Positions 1 to 12,008 of a stretch of 64,000 bases of DNA are shown piece by piece. A model generated the notes under the pieces. That model was given only the letters and a program-made list of their open reading frames with translations. It was not told where the DNA came from and did not search any database. Each line of letters begins with the position of its first letter. Positions within the stretch are counted from its first letter, which is position 1. This DNA comes from Vermamoeba vermiformis (taxonomy: Eukaryota), in NCBI GenBank assembly GCA_045837725.1, contig JBEWZL010000239.1, positions 124,001 through 188,000 of the forward strand, read 5' to 3'. The translations under genes were made by a program, and so were the position numbers.

Positions 1-43
1 CAAAAATATAGTTAATCAACCAATGCTAATCGTGTGTTATTAG

Positions 44-427
44 TTTATAATGTACAGACTGTTGGGCATGACAAATGCAGCGTTGACGAGGGAGTATGTG
101 GAGCTATTGAAGCCCAACACCTCGATGTACAGACAGCCCAGCAGTATCACTAATGTAGCGTACCCGTTGGCCTATGACAATGAAGAAGTGGTCGACAGCG
201 ATGAGAATAATAGCAACTATAACAGCTGTGACAATAGTTCACTCCATTCACCGCTGGATGTGCACTCGAGTTCAAGCGAAGAATTGCCAGTAGTTTCCTA
301 TAATGCGGCGTATATTGATAATCCAGTGAACCATTACTTCCAAGTAGCAGCACAATATTACGCATCGTTCTATAATAATAATGGCCCGCAAACATTAAAC
401 AACAACAACATCCGGATGTACAATTAA
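44..427 (+). CDS. Last exon of a Zn2Cys6 TF paralogue (copy 0; gene begins upstream of the window)
   Basis: Acceptor TAG at 41-43. Peptide YVELLKPNTSMYRQP...LAYD...LHSP aligns with the last exon of copy 1 (YLNLIKPERMYKQP...LAYE...LHSP). Confidence 0.75.
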   Translation, partial: FIMYRLLGMTNAALTREYVELLKPNTSMYRQPSSITNVAYPLAYDNEEVVDSDENNSNYNSCDNSSLHSPLDVHSSSSEELPVVSYNAAYIDNPVNHYFQVAAQYYASFYNNNGPQTLNNNNIRMYN

Positions 428-578
428 CAATTTTGTAAAATATACCAGCGTGTAAATAATAATAAACCGTGTAGATAAATGAATACCTAAACATCGAGTA
501 TACAATACAATGCGTTATGGTTCTAGAACCTTTGCTAGCGTTTATTTTCTTGTGTATGACAAAAAATCGGCAAAATTT

Positions 579-614
579 GAAATTTCACGACCTCGGCGAA
601 ATAGATCTGTTCCG
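579..614 (+). promoter_or_regulatory. Conserved upstream element of Zn2Cys6 copy 1
   Basis: GAAATTTCACGACCTCGGCGAAATAGATCTGTTCCG, 102 bp before the ATG; variant of the motif found before other paralogues. Confidence 0.7.
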
Positions 615-680
615 TTGCGAACTCCAACTTGCACGAGCATGATTCAACAATGAATAGAAATCACCGGAAAGACAAAGAAG

Positions 681-2781
681 ATGGCCTCCACTGAAACCGA
701 GTACGATTTGAACTCGCCGTTCTATGTAAACGGTGCGTGCGATCACTGTCATAAACGAAAGATCCGATGCGACAAAGCAAAACCGCATTGCTCCCAGTGT
801 AAAAAGCGAGGAGTAGAGTGCAATTACGGATTAAGATTAAAACGAGGCCCGAAAATCAGAAAGCCACGAGGAGAAAAGGGTGATCTGAAAAATACTCAAA
901 AATCAAATACTCTCGTCCACGCACTTCTATTTGAAATTGAATTCAACAAAAAAATCGCAGAATTATGGAAGAGAACATGTCTACAAGAAGGCAGCGATAC
1001 AAGCTTCCGAGATTTTTCAAAGCGCATCAGCCCAAAGTTCTCAGCTTTAACCGAGGAATTTATTCGTTCACCAACGGTAGTCAGCACTCTAATGGATGAC
1101 TTTGACTCTGTATATAGAGTTTTCTATTCAGCGACCGATTTTGCTTCAAACGTCGATTTTGCAACGAAGATCTTTCAAGCGATAATTGACATTCCACTCA
1201 ACGACTTTCAAACTATGCTTAATACATTCGAGACATCACTGTTACTTTCAATGTTAGAATATTTCATCTTATTTTTGTTATGTAAGCTTTCTAAAATCCC
1301 GCTTATTTTTTTTATCGCTGAATCTAACTTTCTTCAAAATTTATCAGGTCTTAAACTCGCTCATTATGACGATATTGCCACGCATATTTCCGCACTAGTA
1401 TTCCACACGATTAACACAATAGTCTACGCAAGAGACATCACAACTACTTGCTTAGCCTCGTCTCACTTGACGTTACAATTTCTCGCTGCATTAGTAATGA
1501 TGACGGGCTATTTTAAAATGTCCAAATCAAAGTCAGGCATGCAGGCCAACTCCGAGCTTGCTTACGAATTATTTTGTCAGCATAAACAATTAACAGCGGT
1601 CAATCGCGATTTGGAAGTAAGGTAAATATTCATTATATTATTATGATTGAGCTATAGAACATACGAGAATGTTCGACTTTGGCTCCACGCGACGTGGGAT
1701 CTCCAAAAGTTCCGTTCACGGAACAACACGTCAATCGGAGAGATGTCCGATCGAATGTTCTATTACTATTCCCTATCGTGTCGCTAATATACATTACTAG
1801 GCTATGCATTCGAATGTTGATGAACAGCAAGTCGCTAGACAATCGAGACTATTTCTTGAAAAAGTTAAAGGAGCTCGATTACGAGGTACGCAGTGAGCTC
1901 AATTGTTTTATTATTACTTTGCTAACCTATTATTGCGAATAGCCGACTCCTAACCTCCAATATCAAGTCTCATATCATGTCTCCATTCAATCTTTGGAAA
2001 TGGATAAAGATCTAACGTAAGTATTAGTCAGCTGTAATGAATCAATACTCGTTTGAACATTATGAATATCCTTATTAAAACGATAATAATAGAGAGGCCG
2101 AGACAAGTATAATCAAGTCGTACTACTACATCGAAAAGTATTTGGAGTCGCTCGAAGATCAGCGCAAGCGACCGCAGCTCGAGAAGTACTTTAACACCTG
2201 GATCGGAGTAATTCATTCGGAGATTGCGTTCAGATTAGGCAACAACGAACTAGCGCGCAAGAAGATGGGCAATCTATTGACTGCTTTTCCTCAATTAACT
2301 CCGGCTCACCAAAGGTTGTTGATTTCAAACTACGAAGTAAGTCTTAAACGAGATTAGATTATTTAATGTAGTCGAGTAAATACTAAGTTACTATTTATAG
2401 TACTTGGCTTACAAGCACCGCAACCATTTAATGATCAGCGATTACCTGAACCTCATTAAGCCCGAAAGAATGTACAAACAGCCGCATTTGGCCTCACTAG
2501 TCAATCAATACATTACGAACTCTAATGCGGCTTCTCTGGCTTATGAAGGCGAAGATTGGTTCAACAACACCAATACTGACGAGAATAGCAGCTCTAATAG
2601 CAGCAATGACAACAATAGCTCGCCTTCATCGTTATTAGCGTTGCATTCTCCTCCTTTAAGTGACGACGCATCACCAGTACCAACCTCACTAGAGCTCTAC
2701 GATTTAGCAGCGGATCCGTTCTTTGATCAAATGGGCTCGTTTGATGACTTCGTTGGAATGGATGTAAATAGCTCCATGTAA
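681..2781 (+). CDS. Zn(II)2Cys6 binuclear-cluster transcription factor, copy 1 (6 exons)
   Basis: CDHCHKRKIRCDKAKPHCSQCKKRGVEC = Cx2Cx6Cx6Cx2Cx6C, then basic RLKRGPK, heptad LLFEIEFNKKIAELW, a helical body and an acidic/aromatic tail. Introns 1282-1347 and 1622-1800 plus three more. Confidence 0.92.
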
Positions 2782-2879
2782 GTCCAAAACAATGTAAAAT
2801 AGTAAATTTTCTGTAAATAAACGAATAATACAAACGATTATTAATAAGAATTATTTATGTACAAAATATTGCGCACTAT

Positions 2880-4566
2880 TTACAAGAAAAAGCTGAGAGC
2901 GACCATCAACACCGAGACAGGAGCTAATAATACGCTAGCAGATGATGCAACGTTGTTGTTATTGGTCGGTGTAACGATGGATGAAGGCGTGTTGCCAGTG
3001 ATAGGAGTAGCACCGGTGGGCGAGTTGTCATTGGAAGGAGTGTTCGAAGACGAGGGAGGGCCTTGAGGTTGAGAAATGGGCTCAGGACCGCGAGGAGGAA
3101 TCGTCACGGGCACTGCAGCAACAGGACCTTGTTCACCAATAGGCACGCCAATGTCGGGGTTTTGACCGTTAACAGTACCGACCCAAAGGCCATTGCAGCG
3201 AGGGTAGTTAATGGGTTGATAAGCTACTGCAGGGATGTCTGTCCAAGCACCGAACATTTGGCCGAGGACATAGTAAACGGATCGAGCCAAGACTCTGTCT
3301 TTACGAGTAGCCCATTGGTCCATCTGATCGCAGTTCACTTCAACAGCAAAGATACCGTAGACCTCTTCGTCGGCATAAGTACCAGGGAAGGCGTAGTTTC
3401 TGCTATCGTGTTGGTCTTGAATAGTAATGTTGCCGTTCTTCCACCACTCATCTACCCAGCTGAAAGCGAATCCACCAGAGCAGATCGTGTTGTGTGCGAC
3501 GATATCGTCCCAATGAACCTTCAAGTAATCACCTTGGAGCTTGGAGTTTTGATCCATCATAATAAGGGTGTCTTTGTCGTCGCGAGTGGATGCAGGGCAG
3601 CCGAATTCAGTGATCAGCAAACCTTGTTGAGTGTAGTTGGCAAACTTGTCGAATAAGAAGTCAAAGCCTTGAGTAGCAGTACCGCGATAAGCATTGATGC
3701 CCCATGCGTCCAAATTAGGCAAAGAAGAACACTTGAAGGCTTCGCTAACAGTACCAAAATCGTCGTCGACGATAGTGGTTGTAGTAATCTTGTCAGGAGC
3801 GTAGAACTTGACTCTGCCAGCCATATCATTAATCCAGCCCCAGAAGTGGCAGTTGGATCGAGTAATGTCGCTGTTTTGTTCATTGCCGATCACAAATCCC
3901 ATAACAGCGGGGTGATAGCCGTATCTTGCAGCAATATCGGCGATGATGTTGCTTTGAATTTGACGAGTAACGGAGTTCTCAGCTTCTTTGGAGTCGTCGA
4001 TTTGGTACCACTGGCCCGAAACAGTTTGGAAAGTGTAGCTGCTGTCTGCGGTGGGCTTAGTGTCGTAAGGACCCAAGTATGTAAAAGGGGTGCTAATTGC
4101 ATAGGTGATGAGGATGTAGATAGGGTTTTGGCCATTGTTCCACAACTTGTCGAAGAACTCGAGATGATTCCTGCATGAAGGTAGAAAATTAGTTAAAATT
4201 TACAAATGATGCCGCCCAAATATTTATAAAATCAAAATTAGATCGTCATACTTACAAAGCGGTGTCGTTATTGGGATAGTTGAGTTGGATGTTGTAGATT
4301 CGGATGGCGTTCACTCCAGCAGCGCGCATCAAAGGCAGGTCGCGGTCGTGCAAATGAGCCCAATCAGCATGGAAGAAGTCACCCCATTGAGTATTTTCGT
4401 CAATATTGGCGCCAGGGGGAAGAGGAGCGTAGTTGATTCCTTTAACCATAAAAGCTTCGCCATCCTTCATGATCTGGCGGTTGTTGACAGTCCATACGGT
4501 ATCGAGAGCTGCAGCGGTGTAGATAAGCAGTCCTAATACGACTGCGATGTAAGAAAACTTCAGCAT
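2880..4566 (-). CDS. Secreted, probably GPI-anchored clan GH-A glycoside hydrolase (GH72/GH2-TIM-like), 2 exons: 4566-4256, 4170-2880
   Basis: Signal peptide MLKFSYIAVVLGLLIYTAAA; KGINY, RDLPLMRAAGVNAIRIY, IGNE (acid/base), WGINAYRG, ITEFG (nucleophile), GGFAFSWVDEWWK; Pro/Ser/Thr stalk and hydrophobic C-terminus. Confidence 0.85.
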
Positions 4567-5359
4567 CTTTTTTTTAGTTATTTTTTGCCACCTGTTGTGG
4601 ATTGCGTTAAACAAATTTGTTAATGAAAAGAAGCGTGCGACTCAATACTTTTTATGCGCCGCATCTCCTAATGAAGTCTAAAAGAAAACTATATTCACTG
4701 ATTTGAAACGCAGAATTTAGTGAACGAAAAAACAACAAAATGAAATCTCGTAGAAATCGACGCCGGAATGCAATCCTTTGCGAACCGGTCTTTCTCGTTT
4801 TTAATTAGGCCACAACCATTCGCAAGCATCATGCTGAAAATTAACGTAAACTGCAATCCAAACACAGAAAAACAATAATATTTAACTGCTTTTGGGGTAT
4901 GCGTACCAAGTTCTGCGGATTTGCTGGTAAAAGGCTTAAAAACCGTGTGTTTCGCACCGAGAATGACTCACTTGGCATTATTTGCACGCTTCAGGAATAT
5001 CAATTAAAATGCGGATCGGATCCAAAAGGTGCCAGGCATTATTTGGTACGCTCATGTTGAGTAGAGATATTTTAAATCGAGTTACGACCTGTATCACACC
5101 GGAACGCACGGTATTGTTGCTTTCTTGAAGCGTTTCAAAGTACACAAAACGGATCAATTAAATGGCAATATCAACCAATTAAATATCTTTTGAAAGTAAT
5201 ATTAAAATATTTAATGGCTCCTAGGAGAGTATCGTTGATTTTTTACACGTGCGTGAGATCTAGCACGCAAACGAGTGAATTCATTAAGATCCTGACGTTG
5301 CAACACAGCACAACAGAAAATTTCATTTAGAATGTTAACAAACATAACACTCTATCGTG

Positions 5360-7307
5360 ATGGAGGCATATGATATACGGTCGGTCTTCAATCCGAATAC
5401 AGCGTGTGATTATTGTCACGAAAAGAAGATCCGTTGTGACAAACTGAAACCACAGTGCGCTAAATGTTCGGAAAAAAATATACAATGTACATATGGATTG
5501 CGATATAAACGAGGACCTAAAGGACCGAAAGAAATACGGCCGAGGAAGGAAATTAAAATTAAAGATCAACTCAAAAAAGTCAGAAAATCAAAGGCGCACT
5601 TTCAAGCAATGCTGTTCGAGTTAGAATTTAACAAAAAAATGGCGGAATTATGGCAGATAATGTCGACTAGAAACGACGGAGTAAGACCGCCTCCGAAGTT
5701 CAAGCCCGACACGGAAGAGTTTGTCAGATCTGCGCAGGCTGTTTTATTCCTAATGAACGAGTTCAATAACACCTCGCGATTAATATACATCGACGCGTAC
5801 AACTTCGCCACGAACCTCGACTTTGCGACGAAGATCTGGCAAGCCGTCATTCAGATCAACTTTATGGACCTTCTGGCAATATTCAACGAATTTCAAACAC
5901 CATTGTTGCTGTCAATACTTGAATATCTCATATTATTCGCTTTAGGTAACCCATTTAGCACTTTAAGATTTTTCCTCATTTTTATTTCTTTTTTTAGGCC
6001 TTAAAATGAACTATTATGACGATATTTCCGAGTATATTATGCGTATGGCTCATAGTATAGTTAATACCGTCGTATACGCACGTGACGGCACGAATGACAG
6101 TTTGACACCTGAACTGACACTTCAGCTGACCATTTCCCTGGCTCTTTTTGTCACTTACTACCGAATTTCCGTGAATTTATTTGCCGCGAAAACAACTTCG
6201 CTATTGATTTTTGAACTTTACGAACGGAACAAGCATCGTGGGCCTTTTAACAAAGATCATGAGGCCAGGTACGTTTAAATTATCGTACAAACTACTGCCA
6301 CTGTCCTTATTAAAATTATTTATGAATAGGATGTGCATTCGAAAGCTGTTGCATGTGGAGTCGAGAGCAGATCAAGATCGGTACTTGGATCGCTTGAGAG
6401 AGCTGACAGAGGAAGGAATTGTGAGTATATACCTTGCAAATAATCGTATTGAATATCATTAATATTTCTATCGTATTTATCGGCGCTACTATTAGCCGAA
6501 GCGGCATCCGTCAGAAATTTCATCAATTTTACGTACTGTAATCTTGCCCTATACTAGTCATACCTAATCTTTACTTCGCATTACAGATGACGCCTAGTCT
6601 TCAATACTATCTCAATTATCATTTATCATTTGCTAGACTGGCCTCGCACGAAGATCTAATGTACGTGATCTAACCAACTTTTTTGCTTCAAATTATTATT
6701 ATTATCGCCAATATTAATATATCTATATAGATCTGCCGAATCATGCATTCAAAAGGCAGAATATTTCATTAATTGGCATATCGATCAATCTCCGCCCGAG
6801 CTACGCGATCTAGTGCGAGACTTGTTCGACTGTAAATTGAATGTGGTGCATGCGGAGATTGCAGTGAGATTGGGCGACGTTGAATTAGCCAAACAAAAAG
6901 TCGGCGGATTTATTCAACTTTATGCGCGGGTACCTCCTCCAGCAAGGAGATTAATAACGCATCTGCTCGGCGTAAGTAGTACTATTTCAAAGATAGTAGT
7001 AGACAGACATTAATATTATTATTAAATATAGTTCGCCTCAGTCGCATATCGACATCATCAATTGACGTGGTCGTTCGATTACTACTCGCTGTTGAATGCG
7101 GATGTGACGCTGGATCACAGAGCACTGCCACTGAACACGCTTAATAGCGAGCCATTAATCGATCATAATGCTACAGATGCATCGAGTAGCCAGTATAATA
7201 GTCACGAAGAACTGGTGCAACTGTCTGATGGAATGTCGTTCGACTCGTCAATCATCGGTCTTGACCCCAATTACGATGTAATTACATCAATTCTCGGCGA
7301 TTCATAA
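5360..7307 (+). CDS. Zn2Cys6 transcription factor, copy 2 (6 exons)
   Basis: CDYCHEKKIRCDKLKPQCAKCSEKNIQC, QAMLFELEFNKKMAELW, YARDGTNDSLTPELTLQL; same intron positions as the paralogues. Confidence 0.9.
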
Positions 7308-7386
7308 TGCACTGCGATGGCACATTATTCCGCGCACCTATCAAGCGACAAATTTTCGGATCGGGTCCCGAGACGCCCTCAGCCGA

Positions 7387-7641
7387 ATGACCCGGATCAA
7401 GCAAACTGAGCAAGAAATTGCGCAGCAAGCGCAAACGATCAAAACACTCCAAGATAAAGTGGCTCAACACGCGCAAGAGCTGGCGCAGCAAGCGCAAACG
7501 ATCAAAGCACTCCAAGATCAAGTGGAGCAACATGCGCAACAGATTATAAACCTCAAAGATCAAGTGGAGCAAAATGCACAAAAAATTAAGGAGCTAAAAA
7601 CACGAATGAAGAAGTTGAACGAACTGCAAAAAGCACAATAA
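7387..7641 (+). CDS. Short Gln-rich coiled-coil ORF built from internal repeats (function unknown)
   Basis: AQQAQTIKxLQDxVxQHAQ repeated with a 63-nt period, plus a shorter 42-nt unit; continuous heptads. Confidence 0.45.
   Translation: MTRIKQTEQEIAQQAQTIKTLQDKVAQHAQELAQQAQTIKALQDQVEQHAQQIINLKDQVEQNAQKIKELKTRMKKLNELQKAQ
7421..7580 (+). repeat. 63-nt/42-nt tandem coding repeat
   Basis: CGCAGCAAGCGCAAACGATCAAA at 7421 and 7484; CAAGATCAAGTGGAGCAA-like unit repeated at about 7512 and 7554. Confidence 0.85.
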
Positions 7642-7910
7642 AAAACAACATTTTTGCACTTATTTCGGTCTTTTAGTCGTTTCCAGTTGTTTTAATTTCA
7701 CTCACTAATTGAAGCATCAAACTTTAATACTTAGGAAGGAACATACGTATGTTATAAATACTTTGGTACAAATGATTCTGCGATAGTTCTCGAAGGTCGC
7801 CGTAGATTTCGGAAAAATCACAAACTGGTTGGACATTTCGCCACCTCCGCGATTCTTTATTGTCGAATTACTTGTTCAATACTTGTACATATTCTTCGTA
7901 GAAGTATTAT

Positions 7911-9745
7911 ATGTTGAACTCATACGAGAGACACGAGGCTGCATGTGATTATTGTCGAAACAAGAAGATCAGGTGTGATAAAGTCAAACCGTATTGCAGT
8001 ACTTGCCAAGATCTCGGTATAGAATGTTGTTACGGAACTAGATTAAAAAGAGGACCGAAGGCAAATTCAAACGGCATTCAAAGAAGCAAAAAAAAGATTA
8101 ATCAAATTTTCGATCAGCTCCAAAATATTCAAAAATCCAGCGAATCTTTCCAAGAGGTGCTATTCGAGTTAGAGTTCAATAGAAAATTAGTAGAATTATG
8201 GAAAAAAATGCACGAAAGGGTCACTGTCGAGCAGATTCTGCTTGTCAAACCGACTTTTAGTCCACATACTGAGGCCTTCATTAGATCACCTCAGGCACTT
8301 AAAATTATTACAGAAGAGTTTGATATGGACGTGAAGCACCACTTCAAGATACCGAGTTCGTTCGCAGGAAACGCGGATTTAGCGCAGAAAATTTGGACAG
8401 CAATTGTCGAAGTTCATTTGAACGATTTATTATCCATATTTAGTGGATTCAAAACATCGATGCTACTTTCAATTTTAGAATGTCTCGGGGTATTTATTAT
8501 TCGTAAGTTGCAATGATTCTCACTTTTTGTTCCGCGATCTAATTTCTTTTTCTTAGCGCTCAAGCTGTATAACTACGACGATATAGCGAGTCATATAGCG
8601 ATACTTATACGTCATATAACGGACACCGTAGTTTATGCACGAGACAATACGGAGGAGAAATTGACCGCGGATCAGCTCCATCAGCTCGTCAGTGTCTTAT
8701 GGCTATCAAGTGCTTATTATAAGATGTGCAAAAATGCAGTCGCGCACGATGCAAATATTGGTCTGACATTTGAACTGTACGATCAGTACAAAAAGACGTC
8801 CCTATTGAACTCACAAATTCTTGCGACTGAAGCAGCGTACGTAATACGATTAATTTTATAAATATTTTAATTATATTTACCGATTGGCGTATTATAGAAT
8901 GTACTGCTGTTCGATCGTCACCTGCAACACCGCCGAAGCGTTGGATCTTGTAGTTCGTCGGATCAACGAATATGAAAAATTAGGAGTAGTAAGTCGGCGT
9001 TATAATCAACTTATATAGTATATATTTTGGCATTTTTGACACTTTAACTGCGCAGATGACGCCGGATCTGCAGTATCGATTTTACATGCACTTATCTTTG
9101 CTGAAGTTGATCCAAGAAGAGTACAAGTACGTCATCTTATATCAATTCATATATAATACTAAACCGTTACTTTAGTGAGGCTGAGACGTCGTTACAAAAA
9201 GCAGAGCATTTCGTACAATGGGATCTGAACTCAGTACCGACAAAGAAACGAGCATTATTGGAGAACCTATTTAAGACAAAGTTATATATGATTCGTACGG
9301 AGATTTATTTTCATTCTGGCAATATCAGCACGGCATTTGAACAAGTTTCTAAACTGCGAGAGGCTTTTATGAACTTACCACCTTCTTTTCAACGGCTAAT
9401 CGCCTCGCACTGCCACGTAAGTTCTAAGAAAAAATAGATTTTCAGCTCTGACTAAAAATTTGTTGTCGACAGCTTTTTATGTGGGGCAACAGACGCTTGT
9501 TCAGTGTTGATTACATTAAGCTACTCATGAGCACGCCTACGCTAAATATCGAATCTATCTTCGCTGCGTTGGAAGAGAACGCTAAGCTTTACAGACACGA
9601 AATAGCGAGTGAGCAGTCATCATCCGTGGAAACCGGATCCAGTCAAGAAAATTGCTTGTTGGATCAAGATTTCTCTTGCGCGGATGAGTTATTAAGCGAA
9701 GCTATATTCCATCACTCAACAACCGTTGATTATTCCCTGTCATAA
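7911..9745 (+). CDS. Zn2Cys6 transcription factor, copy 3 (6 exons)
   Basis: CDYCRNKKIRCDKVKPYCSTCQDLGIEC, LFELEFNRKLVELW, conserved exon pattern, acidic tail. Confidence 0.9.
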
Positions 9746-9789
9746 TATTGTAAACTTTGTAAATAAAAATTACTTAAAGCACGTGACCC

Positions 9790-9810
9790 GAAATTTCACC
9801 TCGGCGAAAC
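9790..9810 (+). promoter_or_regulatory. Conserved upstream element of copy 4
   Basis: GAAATTTCACCTCGGCGAAAC, 86 bp before ATG 9876, preceded by CACGTG. Confidence 0.75.
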
Positions 9811-9875
9811 GGAACGACTTTGAATCGCCTTTGCTAACTCTCAGAGCTTTGCCATATCATTTATTTATGCTTAAA

Positions 9876-11748
9876 ATGAATAACACAGCTATTCAATATG
9901 CGCATGACTCATTATACGGAGATAATCCGAGTTATGCTTGCGATCACTGCCATTCAAGGAAGATCCGTTGCGACAAACACAAACCACAATGTATCGAGTG
10001 CATAAAGCGAAATATTAAATGTAATTATGGAATTAGAGCAAAGAGAGGTCCAAAAGTGAAGCCAAAAAAAGAGACAAAAAGTCAAAAAATACAAAATATA
10101 ATCCAAAAATCCAATAATCAAATCCAAGCGATTCTCTTCGAATTAAAATTCAACCAAAAAATGGTAGAATTATGGAAGAGTGCATTCCAGAGAAAACAAG
10201 AGGGATCGCTTTACCCGCCCACTTTTGAACCCAGAACCGAAGAATTCATTCGCGCACCATTGGCAGCAAAGGCGATACTCGATGAATATAATTCTTCATT
10301 ACGATATATTTTTACAACACCGAATTTAGCAACTAGCGAGGAGTTTGCAACCAAGATCTGGCAAGCGATTATTGATGTTAACTTGCCCACTTTATTGCAA
10401 ATATTCAACGAATTTGATACATCACTATTAGTCTCGATCGTTGATTATTTGGTTACATTCTTACTAAGTAAGATACGATTTTCTGACTTGATCCCCAAAA
10501 TTGCGATTTTCTGACAATATTTTAATAGGCCTCCAAATCTATCAATATCACGATATTTCAATACACATTGCGAAAATCACCGCGCACGTTCTCAATACTG
10601 TAATCTACGGACGTGATGGCAGCGAAGATAGTTTGACACCAGAACTGACACTTCAACTGATACATTCGATGCCTTTGCTCGGCACTTACCACAAAATGAA
10701 CAATAATACAGATGCCATGATCGCCAATGCGATGTCAATGTTTGGAATTTACGAACGATTTAAAAACGACACTGCCGTCTTAGGAAAAGATATTCAAGCG
10801 AGGTAATATCCGACACATGCACAAGAAAGATATTATGGCACTTTATATTGACTTATTTTTACTAGAATTTATTGCCGAAGGATTATGGGCTGCACGACTA
10901 AAGAATTAAAAGACGACATTAGAAGGAAAATACACTCGCTGAATCTTGAAGGCTCGGTACGTATGCTAGCATGTTCGTTAAATATAAAATAATACTAACA
11001 TATTATCAGATGACGCCTAATCTGCAGTACCATTGCAACATTCACTTCGCGATCCGAGGTTTATTAGACGAGGATCTGAAGTAAGTTATCAACGCTATTT
11101 ACCACAATAATATCATACTAATACAATATAACTTAGTGACGCGGAAGCGAGCGTTCAACGTGCGGAATATTTTATTAACTGGCACTTGGCTCAAGTTCCG
11201 CTCAATGTTAAACCAGCACTCGAAGGATTTTATCGCACTCGTCTCGGCGTAGTCTCGACTGAAATAGCTTTGAGACGTGGTGATATGGGACCTGCACGAA
11301 AAAAATTGAGCGATCTGGTTGAAACTTACAACAGCCTGTCACCGATCTTTAGAAGAATCGTATTAAGCCATTGTTATGTAAGTCCATTAACTTCATTTAG
11401 TAACTATATTAATCGTTGTCATATGAATAGCACGTGACGTGCATGAATTCAGGCAAAGCATTAAGAACGGCCGAATACATGAACGTGTTAATGAACCCTC
11501 CGACACTGCCTTCTCGAGCTCAACTTACGCTGAATGATAGACAACAAGAATCTTCAAACAGCGATCAAGTTGTTGACAGTCCCGAGGACAACACGCTGTA
11601 TGACTGGTTGAATGATAGCGATGAGGCAAATAGAGACGCAAGTGGTGAAAGTAGCGCCTTTGAAGAGTTCGTGGTTGATCCAGAATTGAGCCAGTTGCCT
11701 TCGGAGATATTTGAAATCGGTGCCGAATATTATCAATCTACCTTTTAA
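9876..11748 (+). CDS. Zn2Cys6 transcription factor, copy 4 (6 exons; ATG 9867 is also possible)
   Basis: CDHCHSRKIRCDKHKPQCIECIKRNIKC, QAILFELKFNQKMVELW, RDGSEDSLTPELTLQL. Confidence 0.9.
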
Positions 11749-11922
11749 ACGCAGTAGTAATATGTAAATTGTAAATAATCATGTAAATGTTATCGAAGTA
11801 AGATCCCTTCCGAGTGTCTTCGATCTGTTGAATTCATCGTGGCCTTCATTTTCGAAAAATGGAAAGACATGCTGAGTCAGCATTCGTAGCATCATACGGT
11901 TAGGTACTCCTCCACGTGCCAT

Positions 11923-11957
11923 GAAATTTCGGTTCGGCGAATTCACATCTGCTTCCG
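11923..11957 (+). promoter_or_regulatory. Conserved upstream element of copy 5
   Basis: GAAATTTCGGTTCGGCGAATTC...TTCCG, 86 bp before the ATG, preceded by CACGTG. Confidence 0.75.
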
Positions 11958-12008
11958 TTTTTCGTTGGCTGCGTTGCTACAGATCTTTTAATACAAATAG
12001 ATCCAAAA

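Noticed and set aside
7305-7390. TAATG and ATGA stop/start overlaps suggesting translational coupling
   Set aside because: The intervening 27-aa ORF is featureless and the context is eukaryotic; chance is sufficient.
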